A stretch of 64,000 nucleotides of DNA, taken from an uncultured bacterium. Lineage in GTDB: Bacteria; Acidobacteriota; Aminicenantia; Aminicenantales; Saccharicenantaceae. Below are positions 40,992 to 50,212 of the stretch, one piece after another. The notes under the pieces are model-generated. The model saw only the letters and a program-made list of their open reading frames with translations, had not been told where the DNA came from and did no database searches. Position 1 is the stretch's first letter. The number at the start of each line of letters is the position of its first letter. The DNA lies in the NCBI GenBank assembly GCA_937920515.1, contig CALEUG010000003.1, positions 2,108 through 66,107 of the forward strand, written 5' to 3'. The translations under genes were made by a program, and so were the position numbers.

Positions 40992-41757
40992 GCAGCCGGT
41001 TCGCCGGCTCTATTTCCTGCCCAGCGTTTTTACTCTGACCAACGTCTTCTTCGGCTTTCTCAGCCTGACCTCAACCTTCTATGGACGTTACCGCTGGGCG
41101 GCTCTCTGGATCATCATTGCGGCCCTGCTGGACGGGCTGGACGGCCTGGTGGCCAGAGCCACCAGGACCAGCTCTGATTTCGGCATACAGCTGGATTCCC
41201 TGGCCGACGCCATCTCCTTCGCCGCGGCGGCTTCCCTTCTGATGTACTTCTGGGGTCTCAAAGTCCTGGGACCGGCCGGAATATTTTTCAGCTTCCTTTT
41301 CATAGTGGGCGGCTTGCTCCGGCTGGCCCGTTACAACATCAGAACCAAGAGCCTGCCCGACCGGCGCTTTTACCAGGGACTGACCGTGCCTTCAGCCGCC
41401 ATTTTCCTGGCCTCGCTGGTCATATTTAGCCCGGAGCCGAACTATCAAACCTGGAACGCCTTTTACCTGTCCGCCCTGGTGGTAACAGTAAGCCTGCTGA
41501 TGATCAGCACTCTTCGCTACCGGAACTTCGTTTCGTTAATCATTAACCGGCCGGTGGACATGAAAACAGGATTGTTGCTGGCCGTGGTCCTGACCGGACT
41601 GCTTTTCCGTCCGAAATACTTCCTGCTGCTCTTCACCACCATCAACGTTCTCTATGGACCCGTGGATTTCCTGGTGCTGAAATTAAGAAGAAAGGCAGCG
41701 CCCAGAACCGCGGCTGAAAAGCACGAGGCCGGCAAACCCCTCGACTTCAAGGAATAG
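40975..41757 (+). CDS. pssA: CDP-diacylglycerol--serine O-phosphatidyltransferase
   Basis: CDP-alcohol phosphatidyltransferase motif DGLDGLVAR...G...D...D (LLDGLDGLVARATRTSSDFGIQLDSLADAISF). Multi-TM. Overlaps psd by 17 nt. Confidence 0.8.
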   Translation: MKVRIKQPVRRLYFLPSVFTLTNVFFGFLSLTSTFYGRYRWAALWIIIAALLDGLDGLVARATRTSSDFGIQLDSLADAISFAAAASLLMYFWGLKVLGPAGIFFSFLFIVGGLLRLARYNIRTKSLPDRRFYQGLTVPSAAIFLASLVIFSPEPNYQTWNAFYLSALVVTVSLLMISTLRYRNFVSLIINRPVDMKTGLLLAVVLTGLLFRPKYFLLLFTTINVLYGPVDFLVLKLRRKAAPRTAAEKHEAGKPLDFKE

Positions 41758-41767
41758 TCCCGCTGAC

Positions 41768-43021
41768 TTGATGAGAGCCAGAGCCAGGGTCAACCGGAAA
41801 AAAGTACTGGCAGTTGCCATCCTTCTTCTTCTGCTGGCCATTACCATCATTTTCTTGCTTCTCAACAGAAGCTCTGACCAGCCGGCAGCCGTCCCCGGAA
41901 TTCCCGAAGTTAAACAGGAGCTCGAAACCCCGTCACTCGTAACGGAAGAATTCACCATCCCGGCTGGCAAGACCATAACCGAGCTCCTGGCTCCTGCCGG
42001 TTTTTCCCCGGCCCGGGTGATTGAAATCAGGGAAGCCAGCCTGAAGGTCTACGACCTGGCCAGAATCCCGGCCGGCCGGAAGTTCAGGCTGCTCCGGCAG
42101 GGCGAGACCTACACCGTTTTTCAGCTCGACCTTGACCCCGAACGCTACCTGGAGATTGACCTCACGGCCTCTCCCCCTGCAGCCAGCATCAAATCCCATC
42201 CGGTCACCAGGCAGCTGGTTCTGGTCGAGGGAATTATCAAGGATTCCCTGATCGGAGCCATAAACCAGGCCGGAGAGCAGGACCTTCTGGCCCTGATGAT
42301 GGCCGAAATTTTTGGCTGGGTTATAGATTTTTACGTTGACCTCAGGCCGGATGACAGCTTCCGGCTGCTGGTTGAAAAGAAATTTATCAACGGCCAGTTC
42401 AGCGGTTACGGCCCGATCCTGGCTGCCCGGTTTGTCAACAGGAACCGGGTTTTTGAAGCCTACCGCTATGTATTTCCAGATACCGGTAAGGCCGATTATT
42501 TTGAGGCCGGCGGTGGATCGCTTCGAAAGGAATTCCTGAAATCGCCCCTGCGTTATGCCAGGATTACCTCGCGCTTTAGCTCCAGCCGGCTTCACCCCAT
42601 TCGCAAGATTTACCGTCCCCACTACGGAATAGATTATGCTGCTCCCGTGGGCACCCCGGTCCAGGCCACGGCCGACGGCGTGGTGACCTTTGCCGGCTGG
42701 AACGGGGCTGCCGGCCGGATGGTCAGAGTCCGCCATAAAAACGCCTACGAAACCATGTACCTCCATCTCGGGTCGATCGCCCCCGGGATTAAAACCGGGG
42801 CCCGGGTTGAAGGCGGTCAGGTCATTGGTTACGTCGGGTCCAGCGGCGAGTCGACCGGTCCCCATCTTGATTACCGTCTCCTTTACCACGGCAAGTATGT
42901 CAACCCCCTGAGCTGGAAATTCCAGCCGGCCGAACCCCTCCCCCCGCGATACCAAGCGGATTTCGAACAGAAGGTCAGGGTGCTGCAGATGCTCCTTCTT
43001 TTCCCGGCAACTTACTTTTAG
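41768..43021 (+). CDS. M23 family metallopeptidase (murein endopeptidase-like)
   Basis: HYGIDYAAPVGTPV...GNSG.TGPHLDY... (HxxxD and HxH zinc motifs of LytM/M23). N-terminal TM anchor. Confidence 0.85.
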   Translation: MMRARARVNRKKVLAVAILLLLLAITIIFLLLNRSSDQPAAVPGIPEVKQELETPSLVTEEFTIPAGKTITELLAPAGFSPARVIEIREASLKVYDLARIPAGRKFRLLRQGETYTVFQLDLDPERYLEIDLTASPPAASIKSHPVTRQLVLVEGIIKDSLIGAINQAGEQDLLALMMAEIFGWVIDFYVDLRPDDSFRLLVEKKFINGQFSGYGPILAARFVNRNRVFEAYRYVFPDTGKADYFEAGGGSLRKEFLKSPLRYARITSRFSSSRLHPIRKIYRPHYGIDYAAPVGTPVQATADGVVTFAGWNGAAGRMVRVRHKNAYETMYLHLGSIAPGIKTGARVEGGQVIGYVGSSGESTGPHLDYRLLYHGKYVNPLSWKFQPAEPLPPRYQADFEQKVRVLQMLLLFPATYF

Positions 43022-43229
43022 TCTTCCCCACCGGCAGAAAAATTTTCCTGGCAGCCGCGGCCCGGAGGTGCACGTCGCTGGTCAGCCCACCTATCAAATC
43101 AAACAGAGCGCAATTTCGACCACAATTCCCTGCCCAGGAGAATTTTCCCTGGCCGGCAAATCTCTCATCACCCTGGCAATTCCGGCCCTGGCTGTTAACC
43201 GGAACTTCACCCGTATGAAAAAAAGGCGT

Positions 43230-43258
43230 TTGACTTGAGATAGCCATCCGCATAAATT
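43230..43258 (+). promoter_or_regulatory. putative sigma70 promoter of the fbp gene (TTGACT-17-TAAATT)
   Basis: Consensus-like -35 with a 17-nt spacer. GGAGG RBS 7 nt upstream of ATG 43290. Confidence 0.35.
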
Positions 43259-43289
43259 TATTAGCGGGAATCAACTTCTGGAGGCAAAC

Positions 43290-44390
43290 ATGAAAATCAC
43301 CATCAGTGTCTTGAAAGCCGATATCGGCAGCATCGGCGGCCATATCAAGCCCAGCCTGGCCCTTCTCCAGGAAATCAGGAATTTCATGGCCGCCAGCAGC
43401 CGTGACCTGTTGATTGATTATTACATCAGCTCAACCGGTGATGACATCGCCATCCTCTGCACTCATACCCGGGGAACCGGGGACAAGCAGGTCCACCAGC
43501 TGGCCTGGGAAGCCTTCCAGGCCGGGACAGCCGTGGCCAGGAAGACCGGGCTGTATGGAGCAGGCCAGGACCTGCTAAAGGATTCTTTTTCTGGAAACGT
43601 CAAGGGCCTGGGACCGGCCGTGGCCGAAATGGAAATCGAGGAAAGGGAAAACGAACCGTTTCTTTTCTTCGCAGCCGATAAAACCGACCCCGGGGCCTAT
43701 AACCTGCCATTTTACCTGGCCTTCGCCGACCCCATGTACTGCTCCGGTCTTATCCTCAGCCCGAAAATGAGCCAGGGTTATAAATTCCGCATCATCGATG
43801 TCAGCTACATCGAAAAGAACAGGGTAATCGAACTGGTGGCGCCAGAAGAACTTTACGACATCGCCGCCCTGCTGCGGGACACGGAAAAATACGTCATCGA
43901 AAGCATCTGGTCACGCAGCACCGGAAACCAGGCCGTGGCCATTTCCACCCAGCGCCTGCACAACATCGCCGGCAAGTACACCGGAAAAGACGACCCGGTG
44001 GCTCTGGTCCGGGTCCAGGGAGAGTTCCCGGCCACCGGAGAAGTCCTGGCTCCGTTCAACATCGGGCATTATGTGGCCGGCTTCATGCGCGGCAGCCACA
44101 TCGGACCGCTGATGCCCTGCCGGCTCAACGCCACCGTATCTTATTTTGACGGCCCGCCGGTGGTGACCGGAGCGGCCTTTTCCATGAAGGAAGGGCGCCT
44201 CTCAGAGCCGGCCGATGTTTTCGACCATCCCTACTGGGACGCTATTCGGGCCCAGATTGCTCAAAAGGCCTCGGAAATCAGGCGCCAGGGATTCTGCGGA
44301 CCTTCGATGCTGCCCTACTCCGAGCTGGAGTACGGCGGGGTGGTGGAAAAATTGAAGCAGCTGGAAAAGAGGTTTGCCCTTTCTGATTGA
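43290..44390 (+). CDS. fbp: fructose-1,6-bisphosphate aldolase/phosphatase (bifunctional, archaeal/deep-bacterial type V FBPase)
   Basis: Diagnostic N-terminus [18 protein letters not shown]. Conserved GPAVAEME and YxxGxxxxP regions. 366 aa. Confidence 0.85.
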   Translation: MKITISVLKADIGSIGGHIKPSLALLQEIRNFMAASSRDLLIDYYISSTGDDIAILCTHTRGTGDKQVHQLAWEAFQAGTAVARKTGLYGAGQDLLKDSFSGNVKGLGPAVAEMEIEERENEPFLFFAADKTDPGAYNLPFYLAFADPMYCSGLILSPKMSQGYKFRIIDVSYIEKNRVIELVAPEELYDIAALLRDTEKYVIESIWSRSTGNQAVAISTQRLHNIAGKYTGKDDPVALVRVQGEFPATGEVLAPFNIGHYVAGFMRGSHIGPLMPCRLNATVSYFDGPPVVTGAAFSMKEGRLSEPADVFDHPYWDAIRAQIAQKASEIRRQGFCGPSMLPYSELEYGGVVEKLKQLEKRFALSD

Positions 44391-44433
44391 CTTTTTTTAC
44401 CGCAGGCGGTATTTTAGCCGGGAAGAACCCGGA

Positions 44434-45150
44434 ATGAGCGAAAGAAAGCATCCTGTCCCGGCTGTCGACCTGATCATTGAAATCAGGCTGCCCGACGGAA
44501 GGACAGGCATAGTCCTGATCGAAAGGAAAAATCCGCCACCGGGCTGGGCCCTTCCCGGCGGTTTTGTGGATTATGGCGAAACTCTGGAACAGGCCGCCAT
44601 CCGCGAAGCCAGGGAAGAGACTTCTCTCAACGTGGAACTCGTTCGGCAGTTCCATACCTATTCGGACCCCGGACGGGACCCGAGAGGCCACACCATATCC
44701 ACCGTGTTCATCGCCCGGGCAGAAGGAATGCCCGAAGCGGCCGACGATGCCCGAAAAACCGCTGTTTTTACAAGGGAAGAAATAAACTTTCCTCTGGCCT
44801 TTGACCACCGGCAGATTCTTGATGATTACTTTGCCTGGCGGGAAAAACATCCCGCTGAACAGGACCAGTATGAATCCATATCCCCTGAGCCGTCGCTTCA
44901 GACAGATCAGGTCCAGGAAGATACGCTGGCCGAGCTGACACGGGTCTGGAGCCTGGCCGAGGCCGAAGTCATCAAGAGCTTATTGGGCACAAACGGCATA
45001 TATTGTCTGCTCAAGGGCCAGATAGTTCATTCCATCTATCCTTTCACCATGGACGGACTCGGAGAAACCATAATCATGGTGCTCCAGAAAGACCTGGAAA
45101 AAGCCCGTCAATTACTGGAAGAGTACTCACCTCCCAGGACCGGAGACTGA
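44434..45150 (+). CDS. NUDIX hydrolase with extra C-terminal domain of about 80 aa
   Basis: Nudix box [24 protein letters not shown]. Start set at the ATG after the fbp stop. Confidence 0.75.
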   Translation: MSERKHPVPAVDLIIEIRLPDGRTGIVLIERKNPPPGWALPGGFVDYGETLEQAAIREAREETSLNVELVRQFHTYSDPGRDPRGHTISTVFIARAEGMPEAADDARKTAVFTREEINFPLAFDHRQILDDYFAWREKHPAEQDQYESISPEPSLQTDQVQEDTLAELTRVWSLAEAEVIKSLLGTNGIYCLLKGQIVHSIYPFTMDGLGETIIMVLQKDLEKARQLLEEYSPPRTGD

Positions 45151-45220
45151 CCCGTTCCGCCTCCCTATTTCTCTCTGTTAACATCCCCGAAAAATAATTT
45201 ACTTTGATGGGATTTTTTTC

Positions 45221-45249
45221 TTGACTTTTACAATTTTCTTTCTTATATT
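45221..45249 (+). promoter_or_regulatory. putative dcw-cluster promoter Pmra (TTGACT-17-TATATT)
   Basis: Near-consensus sigma70 elements about 30 nt upstream of the mraZ ATG. Confidence 0.5.
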
Positions 45250-45259
45250 TAACTCAAAA

Positions 45260-45284
45260 TGGGATAAAACGGGATAAAATGGGA
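45260..45284 (+). promoter_or_regulatory. three direct NGGGA repeats at exact 10-bp phasing (TGGGA/CGGGA/TGGGA), candidate MraZ operator, with the third repeat overlapping the mraZ start codon
   Basis: TGGGA at 45260, CGGGA at 45270, TGGGA at 45280. A further TGGGA lies at 45208-45212. Confidence 0.45.
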
Positions 45285-45761
45285 AAAGAAGCCGCCAACA
45301 ACCTGCTGATCGGAAGCTACTCAGCTCGCCTCGACCGAAGCGGCCGGTTGAAAATTCCCGAAAAATTCCGCGACCTCATCGAACAGGTTTACGGTAAAGA
45401 TGTTTTCATAACTTCTCTTACCGATGAAGCTGTTCAGCTGTATCCACTGGCGGTCTGGGAACAGATGACCAGCATCGCCAACGAGGGAGCCCTGACGCTC
45501 CGTCCCGACGTCAGGCGCTTCCTGTTGCGGGTTAACCTGAAAGGAAGTCATCATCAGATCGACGCCAAGGGAAGAGTGTTGATCAGCCAGACGCTCCGCG
45601 AAAAAGCCAGGCTGAACACCGAAGTGGAGGTGATAGGACTTAATAACCATCTGGAAATCTGGAATAAAGAAGTTCTGGAATCAATAATCGAGAAGCGACC
45701 CCTGAGCGAGGAGGATTTCGAAAATATTGCCCGTCTTGTCCCCCGAGGAAAGACTGAATGA
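45279..45761 (+). CDS. mraZ: transcriptional regulator MraZ
   Basis: Two SpoVT/AbrB-like halves. First gene of the dcw cluster. Confidence 0.9.
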   Translation: MGKEAANNLLIGSYSARLDRSGRLKIPEKFRDLIEQVYGKDVFITSLTDEAVQLYPLAVWEQMTSIANEGALTLRPDVRRFLLRVNLKGSHHQIDAKGRVLISQTLREKARLNTEVEVIGLNNHLEIWNKEVLESIIEKRPLSEEDFENIARLVPRGKTE

Positions 45762-46660
45762 AAGATTACGGGCACAGGCCAGTCCTGGTTGAAGAAGCAC
45801 TGGCCTTTTTACAGGCCTCGCGCCCGGGGCTCTACATAGATTGCACTATAGGCCTGGGGGGACACGCTCTGGAGATTCTGAGGAGAAATCCCGGAGCCAG
45901 AATAATCGGGTTTGACCTGGATGAACTGTCACTCAGGGCTGCGGCCAGAAGGCTGGCCGAATACCAGGACCGGGTCAAGCTGTTTCAACTGGATTTCAGA
46001 GAGATGCTCGACGTGGAGGAGCTTGTTCCCTTTGAGGAAGTTAAGGGCGTGCTGGCCGACCTTGGAATTTCTTCCTTTCAGCTCGATAACCCGGAGCGAG
46101 GTTTCAGTTTCAACCTGGAAGGCCCGCTGGACATGAGAATGGATACGAGACAGAAGACCACCGCCGAAAAGATCCTTATGACTTATCCTGAAGCCCGGCT
46201 GGCTGAGATATTCAAGAAGTACGGAGAGCTGCATCACACCCGTTTGCTGGCCCGTAAAATTGCCAGCCAGCGCAAGCTGGGGCTCTTAAAAAATACCACC
46301 GACCTGAAGAAGCTGGTGGAAGAGGTCTACCGCTGGGTTCCGCAAAAGAACCATCTGCACCCGGCAGCCAGGGTTTTTCAGGCCTTGAGGATAGAGGTCA
46401 ACCAGGAGCTTAAAAACCTGGATGTTTTTCTCGACCGGCTGGTCAGGAAATGCCTGCCCGGCACCAGGCTGGTGGTGATTTCCTTCCATTCCCTGGAAGA
46501 CCGTTTGGTAAAAAAAGCTTTCCAGAGCCTGGCTTCCGGGGAAAACGGTCAGCCGCTGGTCAAAATTCTGACCCGCAAGCCGGTCCAGCCATCCCCGGAA
46601 GAAATAGAAGCCAATTCTCGCAGCCATTCGGCCAAGCTCCGGGCCGCGGAGCGAATATGA
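45758..46660 (+). CDS. rsmH: 16S rRNA (cytosine1402-N4)-methyltransferase
   Basis: RsmH/MraW signature (GxGGH, FQLD, SFHSLEDR). ATGA overlap with mraZ. Confidence 0.9.
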   Translation: MKDYGHRPVLVEEALAFLQASRPGLYIDCTIGLGGHALEILRRNPGARIIGFDLDELSLRAAARRLAEYQDRVKLFQLDFREMLDVEELVPFEEVKGVLADLGISSFQLDNPERGFSFNLEGPLDMRMDTRQKTTAEKILMTYPEARLAEIFKKYGELHHTRLLARKIASQRKLGLLKNTTDLKKLVEEVYRWVPQKNHLHPAARVFQALRIEVNQELKNLDVFLDRLVRKCLPGTRLVVISFHSLEDRLVKKAFQSLASGENGQPLVKILTRKPVQPSPEEIEANSRSHSAKLRAAERI

Positions 46661-46959
46661 GCATGGTCAGGAAAAAATTTAGCTGGAAACAGGTAGCCCT
46701 GGGAGCCGGGCTGGCCTTGCTGTTACTGGGCAACCTGACCTTTTACATCTGGTACCAGAGCGAGTCGGTTCGGCTGGGCTACCAGATTCATGAGCTGGAG
46801 ATGAAAGTAGATAAGCTTAAAGAAGAAATCAAGAGGCTGGAAACCAGGAAGGAAGCCCTGCTATCTCTTGAAAGGATTGACCGGGTGGCCCGGAACGAAC
46901 TCCAGCTCCAGGACCCTCAGCCCGACCAGGTCATTTTCGAAAAGCAGGTGGTAAAATGA
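46657..46959 (+). CDS. ftsL: cell division protein FtsL
   Basis: Single-TM small protein with coiled-coil, in the canonical position. Start set at ATG 46657, which overlaps the rsmH stop (ORF track extends upstream within rsmH). Confidence 0.7.
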   Translation: MSMVRKKFSWKQVALGAGLALLLLGNLTFYIWYQSESVRLGYQIHELEMKVDKLKEEIKRLETRKEALLSLERIDRVARNELQLQDPQPDQVIFEKQVVK

Positions 46960-48743
46960 AACTGATTCTCCAGGACCGGTCACCGTTTTCCACCAGCCAC
47001 CGCAGGAAGGTTAAGTTCATTCTGGTGGCCGTCCTCTTCTGGTTTACAGTCATAGTCGTCCGGCTGCTGGAACTCCAGGTCCTGGAACACAAAAAATTAA
47101 AGGCCGAGGTGCTGGAACAAAGTCAGGACCTGATCACCGTCCTTCCCACCAGGGGGACGATTTTCGACCGCAACGGAAAAATCCTGGCCCGGAGCCTTCC
47201 GGCCGCCTCGGTGTTTTTTTCCCCGGTTAAGGGAGAAAACCTGGACCAGCAACTCCAGAGCATCCACCGCTTAAAAAATCTGCTGGACTTAAAGGACCAG
47301 GAAGTAAGAAAAATCGTCGGTTCCATAGAAAAGAGGAAACGGTTTACCTGGGTCAAAAGAAAAATATCGCTGGAACTGGCGGAGAAGGTCCGGAGCCTCA
47401 AGCTTCCCGGTATTTACCTGCTGGAAGAAAACAAAAGGTTCTACCCCCAGGGCCAGCTGGCTGCCCATGTCCTGGGCGGGGTCAACGTGGACGACTTCGG
47501 CCTGGCCGGCGTGGAATATTATTACAACTCCCTGCTGCGGGGAGAAGAGGGTCAGCAGCTGATAATGAAGGATGCCCGCAAGAGGGAATTCTTCATCGAA
47601 ACCATCAAGGAAACCAGGCCCGGCCAGGACCTCTACCTGACGATAGATTCCACCATCCAGTATATCGCCGAAAAAGAATTGCAGCGGGCGGTGGAAAAAC
47701 ACCAGGCCAGCTGGGGCACCATCATCATCTCGCTGCCGCAAACAGGTGAAGTCCTGGCCATGGCCAGCTACCCGTCCTACGACCCGAACCACTTCCCCCC
47801 GCCAGAGAATATTATGCCCAACCGGGCCATCCAGCATACCTATGAACCCGGCTCGACTGTCAAGATGGTCACGGCCGCAGCCGCCCGGGAACTGGCCGGA
47901 ATTGACTGGAATACTTATTACGATTGCAGCCAGGGTTACCTGGTTTTCGGTGGAACAATGGTGCGAGACCACGTCCGGATGGGTGTGCTGAGCTTTCCCC
48001 GGGTCTTCATTCATTCTTCCAACGTCGGCACCATAAAAATCGCCGAACGGGTCGGCGCCGAAAATATTTACCGGATGTTTCGGTCCTTCCGCTTTGGCGA
48101 GAAGACCGGCATCGACCTGCCCGGAGAGGAAGCCGGTATCCTCCATCCGCTGGAAAAGTGGCGGAAATCGTCTCTCCGGGTGGCCATCGGCTATGAAATC
48201 TCGGTCACTCCCATCCAGATACTGAGGACTTTGAACGTTTTTGCCAGCGGCGGTTACCTGGTAAGACCCAGGGTCAGGCTGGAACAGCCTTCTCCCCTGT
48301 CCGGAATCATCAACGCCGCCCTTGAGCCTCCGGCCGGGAGCCAGCCCGTTCTCAGTCCGGAAACCGTCCGAAGTTTAATTGACCTGGTTCTGCAGCCGGC
48401 GGTGGAAGCGGGCACCGGCCGGGAAGCCGGCCTGCCCGGCTACCCTATGGCCGGGAAGACCGGAACCGCCCAGAAATATGACCCGGAACTCAGGGCTTAT
48501 TCCAGGAAAAATCACGTGGCCTCTTTTGCCGGATTTGTTCCGGCCGACCAACCCCTGGTTTCCATGGTAGTGGTCATAGACGAACCTCGGGGCCAGTTTC
48601 ATTATGGAGGGCAGGTGGCTGCCCCCGTTTTCAGGGAGGTGGCCAGGAAAGTCCTGCTCTACCTCAATCAACCCCCGAAAAAATTGCCAGAAGGCCTGAT
48701 TCTGGCCAGAAAAGAAGCCTCGACCGCAGGAGTGACTGACTGA
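46956..48743 (+). CDS. ftsI: peptidoglycan D,D-transpeptidase FtsI (class B PBP)
   Basis: TM anchor. STVK, SxN and KTGTA motifs. Confidence 0.9.
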   Translation: MKLILQDRSPFSTSHRRKVKFILVAVLFWFTVIVVRLLELQVLEHKKLKAEVLEQSQDLITVLPTRGTIFDRNGKILARSLPAASVFFSPVKGENLDQQLQSIHRLKNLLDLKDQEVRKIVGSIEKRKRFTWVKRKISLELAEKVRSLKLPGIYLLEENKRFYPQGQLAAHVLGGVNVDDFGLAGVEYYYNSLLRGEEGQQLIMKDARKREFFIETIKETRPGQDLYLTIDSTIQYIAEKELQRAVEKHQASWGTIIISLPQTGEVLAMASYPSYDPNHFPPPENIMPNRAIQHTYEPGSTVKMVTAAAARELAGIDWNTYYDCSQGYLVFGGTMVRDHVRMGVLSFPRVFIHSSNVGTIKIAERVGAENIYRMFRSFRFGEKTGIDLPGEEAGILHPLEKWRKSSLRVAIGYEISVTPIQILRTLNVFASGGYLVRPRVRLEQPSPLSGIINAALEPPAGSQPVLSPETVRSLIDLVLQPAVEAGTGREAGLPGYPMAGKTGTAQKYDPELRAYSRKNHVASFAGFVPADQPLVSMVVVIDEPRGQFHYGGQVAAPVFREVARKVLLYLNQPPKKLPEGLILARKEASTAGVTD

Positions 48744-48744
48744 A

Positions 48745-50211
48745 ATGAAGCTATCGGAATTATTGAAATATGTTCGGGTGGTAAGCCTTTCGGCAGCCGC
48801 AGACCCGGAAATTACGGGAATCGCCTACTCTTCTAAGAAGGTCGAACCCGGTAACATCTTCATCGCCCTTAAAGGACAGAGAGCAGACGGCCATGATTTC
48901 CTGCCAGAAGCCCTGGAACGCGGGGCCGCGGCCATAGTCTCTGAAAGGCCACGCCCGCCGGCACTTGACCGGGCCTGGGTCCAGGTACTGGATGGCCGCG
49001 AGGCTATGGCCCTGCTGGCCGCCGGCTTCTACGGCCACCCCTCTTCCCGTTTGAAGGTGGTCGGCATTACCGGTACCAAGGGAAAAACAACCATCACCTA
49101 TATTCTGGAAGAAATTCTTAACTCCGCCGGCTTCAAGCCTGGAGTGGTCGGCACCGTGGAATACCGCTGGCCCGGCCGGCAGTTCTCGGCTGAAAGAACC
49201 ACGCCCGAAGCGCCGGACATCCAGAAATTCCTGCGGCAGATGGTGGAGGAAGGGGTCAGCCATTGCCTGATGGAGGTTTCTTCTCATTCCCTGGAACTCA
49301 AGCGGGTCTGGGGAATCGGTTTCGACGTGGCCATCTTCACCAACCTCAGCGGGGAGCACCTCGACTACCACCAGACCATGGAAAACTACTTTGAGGCCAA
49401 GAAGAAATTATTTTTCCTGAACCATAAACGGCAGGCTTCGATCGTCAACATCGATGACCCCTGGGGAGAAAGGTTGCTGTCGGAACTGCCGATGCAGACC
49501 ATCAGCTTTGGCTTCAAGCCGGAAGCCGTGGTCAGGGTCGAAAAGTTCAGCATCAACCAGGAAGGAATGACGGCCACCGTCTCCTCGCCTCTCGGGCAGC
49601 TGACCTTCACTTCCGGCCTGATCGGCAAACACAATCTTTATAATTTCCTGGCAGCCATTTCGGCCGCCCTGGTCCTGGCCATTCCGGTTCCGGATATCAT
49701 CAAAGGAATTTCTTCCGTCAAAAGGATTCCCGGCCGTTTTGAGAGCGTCCCCAATCGTCTGGGAATAAACGTCATCGTGGATTACGCTCACACCGACGGG
49801 GCCCTGGAAAACCTGCTGCAGGCCATCCGCAGCCTTAACCCCAGGAAAGTCATCCTGGTCTTTGGCTGTGGCGGCGACCGCGACCGGCTGAAACGACCGC
49901 GGATGGGAGAGGTGGCGGCCAGGCTGGCCGACTGGACCATCATCACTTCCGACAATCCCCGGTCCGAGGAACCGGAGCAGATAATCACGGAAATAGAACA
50001 CGGATTCCACCGGCTGGGCAATCACAACTACGAAAAAATTGTCGACCGGCGCCGGGCCATAGAGGCCGCCCTGGCCCAGGCCAGAAAAGGAGACTGGGTG
50101 GTCATTGCCGGCAAGGGTCATGAGAATTACCAGGTTTTCAAAGACCGGACTGTTCCCTTCAGCGACGTGGAGACGGCCCGGGAAATAATACTCACTCTGG
50201 AGAGGAAATAG
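48745..50211 (+). CDS. murE: UDP-N-acetylmuramoyl-L-alanyl-D-glutamate--2,6-diaminopimelate ligase
   Basis: Mur ligase P-loop GITGTKGKTT. Position in the dcw cluster. Confidence 0.9.
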   Translation: MKLSELLKYVRVVSLSAAADPEITGIAYSSKKVEPGNIFIALKGQRADGHDFLPEALERGAAAIVSERPRPPALDRAWVQVLDGREAMALLAAGFYGHPSSRLKVVGITGTKGKTTITYILEEILNSAGFKPGVVGTVEYRWPGRQFSAERTTPEAPDIQKFLRQMVEEGVSHCLMEVSSHSLELKRVWGIGFDVAIFTNLSGEHLDYHQTMENYFEAKKKLFFLNHKRQASIVNIDDPWGERLLSELPMQTISFGFKPEAVVRVEKFSINQEGMTATVSSPLGQLTFTSGLIGKHNLYNFLAAISAALVLAIPVPDIIKGISSVKRIPGRFESVPNRLGINVIVDYAHTDGALENLLQAIRSLNPRKVILVFGCGGDRDRLKRPRMGEVAARLADWTIITSDNPRSEEPEQIITEIEHGFHRLGNHNYEKIVDRRRAIEAALAQARKGDWVVIAGKGHENYQVFKDRTVPFSDVETAREIILTLERK

Positions 50212-50212
50212 A

